64,000 bases of DNA from a virus: IMG/VR virus record IMGVR_UViG_3300011335_000775, positions 1 to 64,000 of that record; one strand, 5' to 3'. The notes under the pieces are model-generated. The model was not told where the DNA came from. It was given only the letters and a program-made list of their open reading frames with translations, and searched no databases. Position numbers and translations under genes: made by a program. Below are positions 1 to 9,891 of this stretch, piece after piece. Position 1 is the first letter of the stretch; each line of letters opens with the position of its first letter.

Positions 1-764
1 GATTCCGTCGTGAGATGAATTGTGAATTTATTATCAACGATGAAACACTAATTGCACCTGCTAAACTACTGGATCTTGAACCACGAGAACCTATGTATAG
101 AACTGGGCAGGTGCGTTGGTATGAACCCATACGCAAAGATCAAGTATACGTTGTGGCATTAGATCCTAGCTTGGGCACGGGAGGAGATCCTGCTGCCATT
201 CAGATCTTTGAAGCCAACACCACACGTCAAGTGGGCGAATGGCGACATAACAAAACACCTATTCCGGAACAGATCCGTATCATGGCCGACATTATCAAAC
301 ACATACATGAAACAGTAGGCGATGACAAGAGCATCTACTATTCTGTAGAAAACAATCCCATTGGTGAAGCAGCGTTGATCTCTATTGTGGAGTACGGGGA
401 GGAAAACATCAAGGGATATTTCCTTAGCGATGCATCTAGTGCTACCACAAGACGCTTTCGTAAGGGATTCAACACCACAAATAAGACCAAGATTGCTGCT
501 TGTTCCAAACTAAAAAACTTGATTGAATCAGGACGTATGCGTGTGAACAGTGCAAGTCTAATCAGCGAACTTAAAAACTTTGTGGCACATGGCACTAGTT
601 ATGCTGCCAAACCTAGCGAAACTGACGACTTGATCATGGCCACAATCCTAGCAGTACGTATGTTGGTTACCTTGCAGAACTACTACACAGAACTAGATAC
701 ACAGATGCGAGACCACGATTCGGAAGTGATAGAACCTTACCCGTTTATTTCTGTGATGATGTAG
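1..764 (+). CDS. terL: Terminase large subunit, C-terminal nuclease domain (5' truncated by window edge)
   Basis: Frame is open upstream of the ATG at 15 (F-R-R-E-M-N-C-E-F, typical T4 gp17 'FRRExxCEF'); RNase H-like motifs VVALDPSLGTGGD, VENN, DDLIMA. Confidence 0.93.
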   Translation, partial: FRREMNCEFIINDETLIAPAKLLDLEPREPMYRTGQVRWYEPIRKDQVYVVALDPSLGTGGDPAAIQIFEANTTRQVGEWRHNKTPIPEQIRIMADIIKHIHETVGDDKSIYYSVENNPIGEAALISIVEYGEENIKGYFLSDASSATTRRFRKGFNTTNKTKIAACSKLKNLIESGRMRVNSASLISELKNFVAHGTSYAAKPSETDDLIMATILAVRMLVTLQNYYTELDTQMRDHDSEVIEPYPFISVMM

Positions 765-780
765 AAGTCATGTGATGCAC

Positions 781-786
781 TAAATA
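781..786 (+). promoter_or_regulatory. T4-like late promoter core TAAATA, 4 nt before ATG 791
   Basis: CTAAATAcgttATG; the same core precedes many probable late genes in this window. Confidence 0.6.
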
Positions 787-790
787 CGTT

Positions 791-2350
791 ATGGCCCAAA
801 ATTCAATTGCAAGCGAACTCAACAATCTCTTAATCACCCGTGATTTTGACGTTGACGCACTCAGTACCAAGACCGGAAAACCCGCTGTAAACGAGCGTGG
901 AGTTCCTGATGTTTCCGAAGCAGACATGTTTAGTTTTGACTGGATTGGACCCACTGGTAAAAACTACGGAACAATGGTTATCCTACTGGATCAAAACGGC
1001 GGCATGACTGTGTACTTTGGTGACAACTTGGGTCGCACCATGGATCCAGAAGATAAAAAAGCCTGGTATGGAGATCCTGACGCAGGCGAAACAGGGTTCT
1101 TGGAACAACTTAAAAACTTTGCCATCCGTACCAGCAAGATACGTGGCGGCTTTAGCTTGGACAACATCAGCAGACTCAAGTATGCCATTGCAGGTCAAGC
1201 AGCACTCACAGAAAGTTTCTACGGCACCCGTAAAGTTAGTTATTCGGGTGAACCCACGGATGCTAGACTCATGATCAAACATTCTAAACCCATAACCGAA
1301 GGTGACAAACGTTATCGTTATGTGGAAAGTTTGTTTATTGAAACTGCTGAAGGTGAACGTTTCCGTTTACCATTCCGTAAACTGGCCGGTGGCCGAGCCA
1401 TGGTAGAACATGTGCGTCAAGGTGGTAACCCTTACGACATGCGTGGACAACACATATCAGAAACTGTAAGCCAGCTGAACACTCTAAGCCAGTTCCGTAG
1501 AGCACAGCAAGGTCGTGTGTACGAAGGATCTGCTGCTAGTCTAGTAACAGAAACTGATCAATACTATCAGCGACTGAATCACAATTTAAAACACATGGCC
1601 AACAGCCGTGGATATCAGAAGTATTTTGAATCATGGCAACCGGCAGAGATTTCAGATTCAGATATGGTTGTAGAAGATCTACGCAGTATGTTTATCGAAA
1701 CACGTATTGATCCACGAATAGAGCAAGCATTGCCCATGTTGGCAAGAATACAAAAGGAAGTGCAGGCCATGAAAGAAGCTGAAATATTTGAATCTTGGGC
1801 AAACACTCTAGTAGAAGGAACATGGACTGTGCCCGAAACTCCAGAACAGATTGACGAACTCAAAATGTGGATGAGTCAGCCGCAACCACTAGGGCCTAAT
1901 GCAGAAGATGTAACAGATGTGTTATACAACTTGATCGGTGATGATGCATTATTTGATCAACTGAGTGCCATGGCCGAAGAGGATCCAGAAGCAGATTCAG
2001 TACCACTAGTGCAAGCCTGGATTGATCGTAACATAGATCACATACCAGAACTTGCTGAATTGTCCAGTGAACTAAAACAACCAGCTGAGCCAGTGGCTGA
2101 TCCAGTACCGGTTGAGGAACCAATGGCCGAACCAGTTCCAGTAGAAGCACCTCCTCCAGATCAAATGGCACCACAGGCACCTGTAGCAGAAGGTGACAAC
2201 ACAGCCACATTTGAAACACAAGAACCGTTAGCTGAATGCAACTACACCATGGAGAATCATTACTGCCCAGTACATGGTCTGGCAGAATGCTCCGACGGTA
2301 TCTACGAAACACAATTGGCAAGATTAAAATCTCTGAGTTCGCTCAAATGA
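791..2350 (+). CDS. Hypothetical, probable virion head/internal protein
   Basis: 519-aa ORF after terL with late promoter; acidic Pro-rich linker, C-terminal C-x8-CPVHG-x3-C motif, several L/I-x-E sites. Confidence 0.55.
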   Translation: MAQNSIASELNNLLITRDFDVDALSTKTGKPAVNERGVPDVSEADMFSFDWIGPTGKNYGTMVILLDQNGGMTVYFGDNLGRTMDPEDKKAWYGDPDAGETGFLEQLKNFAIRTSKIRGGFSLDNISRLKYAIAGQAALTESFYGTRKVSYSGEPTDARLMIKHSKPITEGDKRYRYVESLFIETAEGERFRLPFRKLAGGRAMVEHVRQGGNPYDMRGQHISETVSQLNTLSQFRRAQQGRVYEGSAASLVTETDQYYQRLNHNLKHMANSRGYQKYFESWQPAEISDSDMVVEDLRSMFIETRIDPRIEQALPMLARIQKEVQAMKEAEIFESWANTLVEGTWTVPETPEQIDELKMWMSQPQPLGPNAEDVTDVLYNLIGDDALFDQLSAMAEEDPEADSVPLVQAWIDRNIDHIPELAELSSELKQPAEPVADPVPVEEPMAEPVPVEAPPPDQMAPQAPVAEGDNTATFETQEPLAECNYTMENHYCPVHGLAECSDGIYETQLARLKSLSSLK

Positions 2351-2352
2351 CA

Positions 2353-2397
2353 TAAATAACACAAATAAAAGAAGAGTGTGTAGTGGCACACACTTCT
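2353..2397 (+). promoter_or_regulatory. Late promoter TAAATA followed by a hairpin, upstream of homing endonuclease
   Basis: CATAAATA at 2351-2358; AGAAG-A-GTGTG...CACAC-A-CTTCT inverted repeat at 2370-2397. Confidence 0.45.
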
Positions 2398-2432
2398 GTA
2401 AGCAACAAGTTAGGCAGAAAGATAGGCAATAA

Positions 2433-3119
2433 ATGAAACCATATACATATCTCGTTGGCTGGCCCGACCAAAATAAATGGTACTACGGAGTCAGATACGC
2501 AAAAGGGTGTGATCCTGTAGATCTCTGGAATCCTTACACTACTTCAAGCAATCATGTAAAACAATTTGTGCAAGAACACGGTGTTCCACCTGTGAGAACA
2601 ATTCGCCGTACGTTTAACAACATCACCGAAGCACGAGTTTGGGAAGAGCGTGTACTCAAGCGTATGCAAGTAGTTAGCAATGATAGGTGGTTAAACAAAC
2701 ATGATAGCATGTCTCCACCAATCAACCCACTGGGTAACATTGCCATGCGTAAGTCCGAGAACCGAGCAAAAGCCAAATTAAATAATAGTGGCCCGGGTAA
2801 TCCTATGTTTGGCAAAAAACAAAAACAAATAACTTGCCTGCATTGTAAAATCACAGTAGGCACTAATACCTATGCTCGGTGGCATGGTGATAATTGTCCA
2901 ACAATAAATCCAACTGCCTTTAGACCAGTTGGTAAGAACAATCCGTTTTTTGGAAAACAACACACCAATGTTGAACAAAAAATCTGTCCGCATTGTAATC
3001 TAAAACTTGATTTTAGAAACTATGCTAGGTATCACGGCAACAAATGTAAAAGCAATTTAACCAATCTCGTAGGAAACACAGACAAGGCTGTGTATAATAA
3101 CCTTGTAGGCAGCATTTAA
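2433..3119 (+). CDS. Free-standing GIY-YIG-like (Seg-type) homing endonuclease with NUMOD3-like and Cys/His modules
   Basis: N-terminal PYTYLVGW...WYYGVRY...Y.TSS, EARVWEERVL, WLN; two NP(M/F)FGK motifs, each followed by CxHC...RxHGxxC. Confidence 0.8.
   Translation: MKPYTYLVGWPDQNKWYYGVRYAKGCDPVDLWNPYTTSSNHVKQFVQEHGVPPVRTIRRTFNNITEARVWEERVLKRMQVVSNDRWLNKHDSMSPPINPLGNIAMRKSENRAKAKLNNSGPGNPMFGKKQKQITCLHCKITVGTNTYARWHGDNCPTINPTAFRPVGKNNPFFGKQHTNVEQKICPHCNLKLDFRNYARYHGNKCKSNLTNLVGNTDKAVYNNLVGSI
3076..3106 (+). promoter_or_regulatory. H-type RNA pseudoknot in gene 32 leader (putative translational autoregulation site)
   Basis: S1 ACACAG(3076-81)/CTGTGT(3088-93), L1 single A, S2 CAAGG(3083-87)/CCTTG(3101-05), 7-nt L3; about 68 nt upstream of the gp32 ATG. 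Confidence 0.7.
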
Positions 3120-3173
3120 GATCACACTTAAATTTTTAAATCATATTAACGCAACATAGAAAGGCAACACAAT

Positions 3174-4160
3174 ATGGCAACACTTAGCGAAATTCGAGCA
3201 CGACTACAGGCAGCAGAAAACAAACAAGGAGGGCAAGCCTCTGGCGGAGACAACTCCATTTATCCTCATTGGAACCTTGAAGAAGGACAATCTTGTAATC
3301 TCCGATTCTTACCGGATGGCAACCCCAAAAACACATTCTTCTGGACCGAACGGGCCATGATTCGACTGCCATTCAACGGCATCAAAGGAGAGATGGAATC
3401 CAAACAAGTTATGGTACAAGTACCATGTATGGAGATGTATGGCGAAACTTGCCCAATCCTTACTGAGGTACGCCCTTGGTTCAAGGACAAGAGTCTTGAA
3501 GACATGGGTCGCAAGTATTGGAAAAAGCGCAGCTACATCTATCAAGGTTTTGTGCGTGACAATCCTCTCACAGACGACAAAAATCCAGAAAATCCCATCC
3601 GCAAGTTTGTGATTGGACCTCAGATCTTTGCAATCATCAAAGGTGCATTGATGGATCCAGAATTGGAAAACTTGCCAACTGATTATGCAGCTGGCCTGGA
3701 CTTCCGTATTGCCAAGACTCAGAAGGGTGGCTTTGCGGATTACAACACCTCAAAGTGGGCACGTAAAGAGTCGGCACTCACCGAAGCTGAACAAGCAGCA
3801 ATTGAAAAATATGGCCTGTTTGATCTCAGCACATTCTTGCCCAAGAAGCCCACAGCAGTAGAGCTCAACGTGATCAAAGAAATGTTTGAAGCCAGTGTAG
3901 ATGGCCAACCATTTGATTCTGAACGTTGGGGACAATACTACCGTCCGGCTGGAATGAGTGCGCCGGTTGGAACAGCAGCGGATGCGGATGTGGATGAAGA
4001 CACCCCAGTTGCAAAGCCTGCGGCAAAAGCAGCACCTGTTGATGCATTTGACGACGAGGATACTCCTGTGGCAACTGCGCCAGTGGCCAAGCCAGCAGAA
4101 GGCAACAAGAAAGCCGAAGACATTTTGGCTATGATCCGCGCTCGCCAAAACAAGCAGTGA
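3174..4160 (+). CDS. gp32: Single-stranded DNA-binding protein (T4 gp32-like)
   Basis: LRFLPDGN, VPC..MYGETCP, KYWKKRSY, DFRIAKT..GGFADY.TSKW; acidic Ala/Pro tail ending EDILAMIRARQ. Confidence 0.9.
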   Translation: MATLSEIRARLQAAENKQGGQASGGDNSIYPHWNLEEGQSCNLRFLPDGNPKNTFFWTERAMIRLPFNGIKGEMESKQVMVQVPCMEMYGETCPILTEVRPWFKDKSLEDMGRKYWKKRSYIYQGFVRDNPLTDDKNPENPIRKFVIGPQIFAIIKGALMDPELENLPTDYAAGLDFRIAKTQKGGFADYNTSKWARKESALTEAEQAAIEKYGLFDLSTFLPKKPTAVELNVIKEMFEASVDGQPFDSERWGQYYRPAGMSAPVGTAADADVDEDTPVAKPAAKAAPVDAFDDEDTPVATAPVAKPAEGNKKAEDILAMIRARQNKQ

Positions 4161-4168
4161 TGTAAACT

Positions 4169-4197
4169 AAGTAAGGAAGGAAACTTCCTTACTTTTT
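4169..4197 (+). terminator. Rho-independent terminator after gp32
   Basis: AAGTAAGGAAG-GAAA-CTTCCTTACTT followed by T run. Confidence 0.8.
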
Positions 4198-4200
4198 ATT

Positions 4201-4683
4201 ATGACTTCAATTCGAGACATAGCAAAACTAAACGGTGATCTTACATATTTTACTGGCAAACCTTGTAAGCGCGGCCATCTCGCTGATCGCAGAGTATCAA
4301 ATTACATTTGTATCCAATGCAGCAAAGAAGTATACGCAGTTACCGATAGAGAAAACTATCGCACTGATAATACATTACAAAGACAGTTCAATACTAGAAA
4401 ACAATCAGCGTTAAGAAATGATATTCTATTTTCAATTAAATTTGAAGATGTAGAGCAACCAGAGTATTGTCCTGTATTAGGCATCAAGTTAAACTATAGG
4501 TGGAGCGGCGAAGGTCTTAGAGATGATGCAAAAGCAACCATTGATAAACTTGTTCCAGAACTAGGATATGTTCCGGGCAATGTATTTGTTATTAGTTGGA
4601 GAGCCAATAAATTAAAGAGCAACATGACAGTAGACGAATTGGAAAAAATTATGAATTATATAAAGGAAAAAACAAATGTCTAA
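4201..4683 (+). CDS. HNH-type homing endonuclease
   Basis: YFTGKPCKRGH...C..C zinc module, CPVLG, TIDKLVPELGYVPGNVFVISWRANKLK HNH-variant core. Confidence 0.78.
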   Translation: MTSIRDIAKLNGDLTYFTGKPCKRGHLADRRVSNYICIQCSKEVYAVTDRENYRTDNTLQRQFNTRKQSALRNDILFSIKFEDVEQPEYCPVLGIKLNYRWSGEGLRDDAKATIDKLVPELGYVPGNVFVISWRANKLKSNMTVDELEKIMNYIKEKTNV

Positions 4684-5731
4684 GCCCTTCGATGTCAGTA
4701 AATTTAGACGCGAAATTACCAAATCAATCGAAGGATTGAGCATTGGATTTAACGACCCTACAGATTGGGTATCAACAGGCAATTTTGCCCTGAACTATCT
4801 AATCTCCGGAGACTTTAATAGAGGTATCCCGCTGGGCAAGGTCACAGTGTTTGCCGGTGAATCGGGTGCAGGTAAAAGTTATATCTGTAGTGGTAACATC
4901 ATCAAGAACGCACAAGCACAAGGTATCTACGTAGTACTAGTAGACAGTGAAAACGCACTTGACGAAGATTGGCTCAAAGCACTGGGTGTGGATACCAGCG
5001 ATAGCAAATTGCTCAAACTAAGCATGGCCATGATTGATGATGTGGCCAAGACTATCTCCACATTCATGAGCGACTACAAGGCCCTGCCAGAAAATGATCG
5101 TCCTAAAGTAATGTTTGTGATTGATTCATTAGGCATGTTGCTAACTCCTACTGATGTAAATCAGTTTGAAGCTGGTGATATGAAAGGTGATATGGGTCGT
5201 AAACCCAAGGCACTCACTAGCCTGGTGCGTAACTGTGTGAACATGTTTGGTTCATACAATGTGGGGCTGGTGTGTACCAATCACACATACGCAAGTCAAG
5301 ATATGTTTGATCCGGATGATAAAATATCCGGCGGTCAAGGGTTCATCTATGCCAGTTCAATTGTGGTGGCCATGAAGAAACTCAAACTGAAAGAGGATGA
5401 AGATGGCAACAAGATCACAGACGTTATGGGTATCCGTGCTTCTTGTAAAGTAATGAAAACCCGCTATGCAAAGCCGTTTGAAGGTGTGCAAGTGAAGATT
5501 CCTTATGAGACAGGTATGAGTCCGTATTCGGGTATGGTAGATCTCATGGAGAAACGCAGCTTGCTCAAGAAGGAAGGCAACAGCCTAGTATTTGTCACCA
5601 GCGATGGCGAAATCATCAAGAAGTTCCGCAAAAAGTGGGAAGCCAATGACGAAGGCTGTCTGGACCGTGCCATGGCAGACTTTGGAAATCAACGAGAAGA
5701 GGTAAGTACCGCTGAGGAGACAGCAGAATGA
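4676..5731 (+). CDS. uvsX: RecA/UvsX recombinase
   Basis: Walker A GESGAGKS, VDSENAL, VIDSLGML, GG.G..YASSIV. Confidence 0.95.
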   Translation: MSKPFDVSKFRREITKSIEGLSIGFNDPTDWVSTGNFALNYLISGDFNRGIPLGKVTVFAGESGAGKSYICSGNIIKNAQAQGIYVVLVDSENALDEDWLKALGVDTSDSKLLKLSMAMIDDVAKTISTFMSDYKALPENDRPKVMFVIDSLGMLLTPTDVNQFEAGDMKGDMGRKPKALTSLVRNCVNMFGSYNVGLVCTNHTYASQDMFDPDDKISGGQGFIYASSIVVAMKKLKLKEDEDGNKITDVMGIRASCKVMKTRYAKPFEGVQVKIPYETGMSPYSGMVDLMEKRSLLKKEGNSLVFVTSDGEIIKKFRKKWEANDEGCLDRAMADFGNQREEVSTAEETAE

Positions 5732-6000
5732 ATGAAGCAGTAGCAGTGGCCAGCGAGATCTGGTCTGAACTTAAACGATATGTAAACACTGTGGATCGTG
5801 ACGAAGCAGCAGAAACAATTGTATCAATCCTGATCGACAACGACTGTGATGTTGACGACATCAAAGATACCTTCAAGGGAGAACCAGATATCAAACGTGC
5901 TCTTACTGCATATCTTGATAATGGTAAAACTTACGAAGATGAAGAGGACGATGCCGAGGAAGAAGAAGAAGATTACCACGCCGACGACTGGGAAAACTAA
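5728..6000 (+). CDS. Hypothetical acidic protein
   Basis: 90 aa, overlap-coupled to uvsX and uvsY, D/E-rich tail. Confidence 0.7.
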   Translation: MNEAVAVASEIWSELKRYVNTVDRDEAAETIVSILIDNDCDVDDIKDTFKGEPDIKRALTAYLDNGKTYEDEEDDAEEEEEDYHADDWEN

Positions 6001-6452
6001 TGTGGTACAGCCGCGTAGTAGCTGACCTTTCAGCTATCCCAGATTTCATCACTCATTACGAAACTGAGCTTGACGCAGCAAAGAATGATTGCAGAATCCG
6101 TGGTGTATTAGAAAAGAACATCACGGCTCTTCCGGGCATTACAGAACAACGGTTTAATCAACTGCAAGAAGTCGAAGCAGTGTTAAACTATCTCAACATA
6201 CAACTGCGCAAGATACGTAGAAAACACTACAAAAAATATCTTGAAGCATATGCCCGTGCTCTTACTTCAAGAGATGCTGAAAAGTATGCTGAGGGCGAAG
6301 ATGAAGTGATCGATTTTGAAACCATCATCAACGAAGTGGCATTGCTACGCAATCGCTGGTTGGGTATTCTCAAGGGCCTGGATAGCAAGCAGTGGCAAAT
6401 GGGTCATGTGGTGAGGTTGCGTACAGCGGGGATGGAAGATATTACAGTGTGA
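6000..6452 (+). CDS. uvsY: Recombination mediator UvsY-like
   Basis: Helical 150-aa protein with YLEAY.RALTSRDAEKY, GILKGLD.K.W; position next to uvsX. Confidence 0.75.
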   Translation: MWYSRVVADLSAIPDFITHYETELDAAKNDCRIRGVLEKNITALPGITEQRFNQLQEVEAVLNYLNIQLRKIRRKHYKKYLEAYARALTSRDAEKYAEGEDEVIDFETIINEVALLRNRWLGILKGLDSKQWQMGHVVRLRTAGMEDITV

Positions 6453-6476
6453 ATGCTGTGCGTGATACATAATGTT

Positions 6477-7478
6477 ATGAAACGCACAGCATTTATAACA
6501 GGCATGACCGGCCAAGACGGTCCATATCTCGCCAAACTATTGGTTGAAAAAGGCTATCATGTTTATGGTCTTATTAAACGTTACTCAAATCCCAATCTAG
6601 ATAACATCAAGTGGCTGGGCATAGAAAACGACATTGAGTTAGTAACCGGTGATATCACCGATGAAAACAATATGAATCATCTCATGCAAGCACTCAAACC
6701 TGCAGAAGTATATAACTTAGCGGCACAGAGTTTTGTGGGGGCAAGTTGGGATCTTAACAAACTCACAACCGAAGTAAACTCAATTGGTGTGTTGAATTTA
6801 CTTAATGCTATTCGTACCCACAATCCTAATGCACGATTTTATCAAGCCAGCACATCAGAGATGTTTGGAAATGCCACTGAACTATGGCAACAAAATGAAA
6901 CCACCCCATTCCGCCCTCGCAGTCCATATGGGATTAGTAAGCTATACAGCCATTGGATGACTATAAACTTCCGTGAAAGTTATAGCTTGTATGCTTGTTC
7001 AGGAATTTTATTCAATCACGAAAGTCCATTGCGTGGACGTGAGTTTGTAACACGCAAAATCACCGACGGTGTTGCTAGAATCAAATTGGGATTGGCTGAG
7101 TCTATTACCCTGGGCAATCTTGATTCCAAAAGAGATTGGGGATTTGCAGGAGACTTTGTTGAAGCCATGTGGTTGATGCTACAACAGCCTGAAGCCAAAG
7201 ATTATATTATTGCCACTGGTGAGCAACACAGCATTGGTGAACTATGTGATATTGCATTTTGCCATGCGGGTATCACCGAGTGGCAATCACTGATCAAATC
7301 TGATCCTAGATTTAAACGACCTGCTGAACTATACAGCTTGTGTGGTGATTCAATGTCGGCTCGGAATTTGTTAGGATGGCAACCACGTACTGGATTTGCC
7401 ACAATGATTTGCGACATGGTAGATGCTGATCTAAAGAGACTGCAACCTACCCAACAATCTTCCAATCGGTCCGCCTAA
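6477..7478 (+). CDS. gmd: GDP-mannose 4,6-dehydratase
   Basis: AFITGMTGQDGPYLA, YNLAAQSFV, FYQASTSE, SPYGISK, GILFNHESPLRG, RDWGFAGDFV; start taken at MKRT. Confidence 0.95.
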   Translation: MKRTAFITGMTGQDGPYLAKLLVEKGYHVYGLIKRYSNPNLDNIKWLGIENDIELVTGDITDENNMNHLMQALKPAEVYNLAAQSFVGASWDLNKLTTEVNSIGVLNLLNAIRTHNPNARFYQASTSEMFGNATELWQQNETTPFRPRSPYGISKLYSHWMTINFRESYSLYACSGILFNHESPLRGREFVTRKITDGVARIKLGLAESITLGNLDSKRDWGFAGDFVEAMWLMLQQPEAKDYIIATGEQHSIGELCDIAFCHAGITEWQSLIKSDPRFKRPAELYSLCGDSMSARNLLGWQPRTGFATMICDMVDADLKRLQPTQQSSNRSA

Positions 7479-8273
7479 CGCAATCTCGCCCAGGGTCCAT
7501 TCTGTGTGACACAGATCTTCCAACCACGCAGCTCGATCAGGCATGCGTGGTTTTTCTATTAAGGAATAGTCCATGTTGGCTACAGGTGCTGCCATTGAAT
7601 ATGCACCCACAAATGCCGGCACGCCATCCAATATGGCTTGACTGCCGGGCCCAGAGTTTTCATTAACCACTGCCCAGGCCTTGGGCAAATTTGATCTAAA
7701 ATCAAATTCATCGTAGGTTCCGCGCAATGCCAATGGTGCTTGAAATTTTATACCCATCTTTGGTTGAAGTTTTTGTCTTGGATGTGGACGTACCACAATA
7801 GGGCGATCAGTATATTCACGTAATTTAGCAACAGTGTTGTCCAACCATTTTTCTGAAGGTAACAACCCTGCCCACTGTTCACTATCACTACGTTGCATGG
7901 CGATTAGAATATGGTCACCTTGATGCCAAGGTTGTAATCGCACTGCTAGTTTTTTTGATCGACCAGGTTCTGTGCCCTCACCAAACCACCCTCGAGCATT
8001 TACACCATTGATGCCCATCTTCCAGGTCACACCGCGATTCAATTGACCAACTTCTAGTATGATTACCGGGCGACCTGATGTGTAGAATGCGTCCCATACT
8101 TCGCGATTGCCCGACATTCTTCCGGTCCACAATTGACTCCAAATCACTGCTACATCTGCTGACATATTGTGTTCGGTCACACGTATACGATGCTTCTTGC
8201 AACCGTTACGAAATGCTTCAAAAACTGGCCCTGAATTAAGGGCGCCAAACTTATTAAAGATACTGATGTTCAT
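7431..8273 (-). CDS. KpsS/KpsC-like (capsule synthesis family) glycosyltransferase
   Basis: HILIAMQ, RPIVVRPHP, AWAVVNENSGPGSQAILDGVP. Confidence 0.6.
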   Translation of the reverse strand: MNISIFNKFGALNSGPVFEAFRNGCKKHRIRVTEHNMSADVAVIWSQLWTGRMSGNREVWDAFYTSGRPVIILEVGQLNRGVTWKMGINGVNARGWFGEGTEPGRSKKLAVRLQPWHQGDHILIAMQRSDSEQWAGLLPSEKWLDNTVAKLREYTDRPIVVRPHPRQKLQPKMGIKFQAPLALRGTYDEFDFRSNLPKAWAVVNENSGPGSQAILDGVPAFVGAYSMAAPVANMDYSLIEKPRMPDRAAWLEDLCHTEWTLGEIALGGPIGRLLGRLQSL

Positions 8274-8290
8274 AGTGATAACTAGTATAT

Positions 8291-9070
8291 ATGCACTTTA
8301 CTCTTCCATACGAAAAACAAGGTCACAGCCAATTTGGTGAAACTGGGATTATAGAACTTTTACTTGCAGGATTACAAGATCCACATCGAACCTTTGTAGA
8401 AATAGGGTTTGGCACAGGCAATCAGAACATGACCATGGATCTATTGGATCAAGGATATCATGGTGTGGGAGTCGATGGCAGAGAATGGGAACCCGACACT
8501 CCCAATCGTTGGGGTGATGCTGTGACTAAATTAAAACAGATGATTACCCCCGACGATATAGTAGATGTTCTACAGCCTGTTGCTGACTGGCAAACAGATT
8601 TCTTCAGTCTTGACATAGACAGTTTTGATTATGAAGTGGCCAAAATACTACTTGAAAAAGGGTTTCGCCCGGCAGTTGTTTGTGTAGAAATCAACCCGCA
8701 CTTTGGATCTACTACACAGGCCAGCTTTCCTTATATCCCTAATGTAAAGAAAAAAACCTATGATCGTAGATATTTTCGTGGGGCCAGTCTAAGCAAATAT
8801 ACTAAATTATGGCAACAGTACGGCTTAGAATTTTTTACACTAAACAGCGTGAGTTACCATAATGCTTTTTATTATGATCCTGCAAGAGTTAGCAAACCTG
8901 ATGTTCCGGTGATTACACAAGTAAATCAAAATCATTTTGATTGGTTGACCAACCCAGAACAACCTAGTCCTGACTCAGTGTTATACGATGATATAGAATT
9001 ACGTAAAATGATTTCTGAACATTGGTTTTGGAAAGATTATCAACCGACTATCTACAAGGATTTTGAATGA
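8291..9070 (+). CDS. FkbM-like SAM methyltransferase
   Basis: SQFGETGII, FVEIGFG, FFSLDIDSFDY, RPAVVCVEIN, GASL. Confidence 0.65.
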   Translation: MHFTLPYEKQGHSQFGETGIIELLLAGLQDPHRTFVEIGFGTGNQNMTMDLLDQGYHGVGVDGREWEPDTPNRWGDAVTKLKQMITPDDIVDVLQPVADWQTDFFSLDIDSFDYEVAKILLEKGFRPAVVCVEINPHFGSTTQASFPYIPNVKKKTYDRRYFRGASLSKYTKLWQQYGLEFFTLNSVSYHNAFYYDPARVSKPDVPVITQVNQNHFDWLTNPEQPSPDSVLYDDIELRKMISEHWFWKDYQPTIYKDFE

Positions 9071-9891
9071 CCAAATATGCAGTAGTGACCACATTTAATC
9101 AATCGGGTTACGATAGATATGCCAGTAAGATGATTGATACATTCTTAAAGACCTGGCCAAGCGAAGTTAATCTTTATGTGTACACAGAAGATTGTTCAAT
9201 CACACAAACAGCCAAGAATCTACATGTGAGAAATTTACATAAAGTCAGCCCAGAAATAGTTGCTTTCAAACAAAAGTGGGGGTCAGATCCTCGAGCTCGC
9301 GGAGAAGTAGCAACAGGTCCTGCAGATAAAAAAGGCAAAGCAACAGGAATAGGATTCCGTTGGGATGCTATACGATTTAGCCACAAAGCCTACAGTGTGT
9401 TCCATGCTGCGGCTCACTGTAAAACTGATGTACTGTTCTGGATGGATGCTGACATGATATGTCACTCCCCTCTCAACGCAGCATTCTTGTTGTTACAGAT
9501 GCCATCAGACGTGGGCTTGGCATACTTGGGTAGGGAGAAAAAGTTTTCAGAATGCGGACTGTACGGAATGAATCTCCGTAATCCAATCACACTCAAGTGG
9601 CTTAAAGAATTTCAACTGGCATATGATTCAGGACGCCTTATGACCATGGCTGAGTGGAATGATTGCTGGGTGTTTGACGAAACACGTAAAGAAGTAAAAG
9701 CAGCCCATCCAGACTGGAATGTGTTAAACTGGAGTGAAGGATTGATTAAAGGTGAAGGACATCCTTTAATTAACACTGCTTGGGGAGCATACTTAGATCA
9801 CCTCAAAGGCAATAGAAAAGACACAGGACGTAGTCTTTCTCAGGATCTTATACGACCCAGACGTGAATCTTATTGGTCGTCATCTTCGTGA
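9067..9891 (+). CDS. GT-A fold glycosyltransferase-like protein
   Basis: VVTTFN...Y, RFSHKAY, FWMDADM (DxD), DCWVFD, YLDHLKG. Confidence 0.65.
   Translation: MTKYAVVTTFNQSGYDRYASKMIDTFLKTWPSEVNLYVYTEDCSITQTAKNLHVRNLHKVSPEIVAFKQKWGSDPRARGEVATGPADKKGKATGIGFRWDAIRFSHKAYSVFHAAAHCKTDVLFWMDADMICHSPLNAAFLLLQMPSDVGLAYLGREKKFSECGLYGMNLRNPITLKWLKEFQLAYDSGRLMTMAEWNDCWVFDETRKEVKAAHPDWNVLNWSEGLIKGEGHPLINTAWGAYLDHLKGNRKDTGRSLSQDLIRPRRESYWSSSS

Noticed and set aside
3960-4100. Short internal repeat in the gp32 tail (DEDTPVA...AKPA twice)
   Set aside because: Low-complexity acidic linker typical of SSB C-termini, not a separate element
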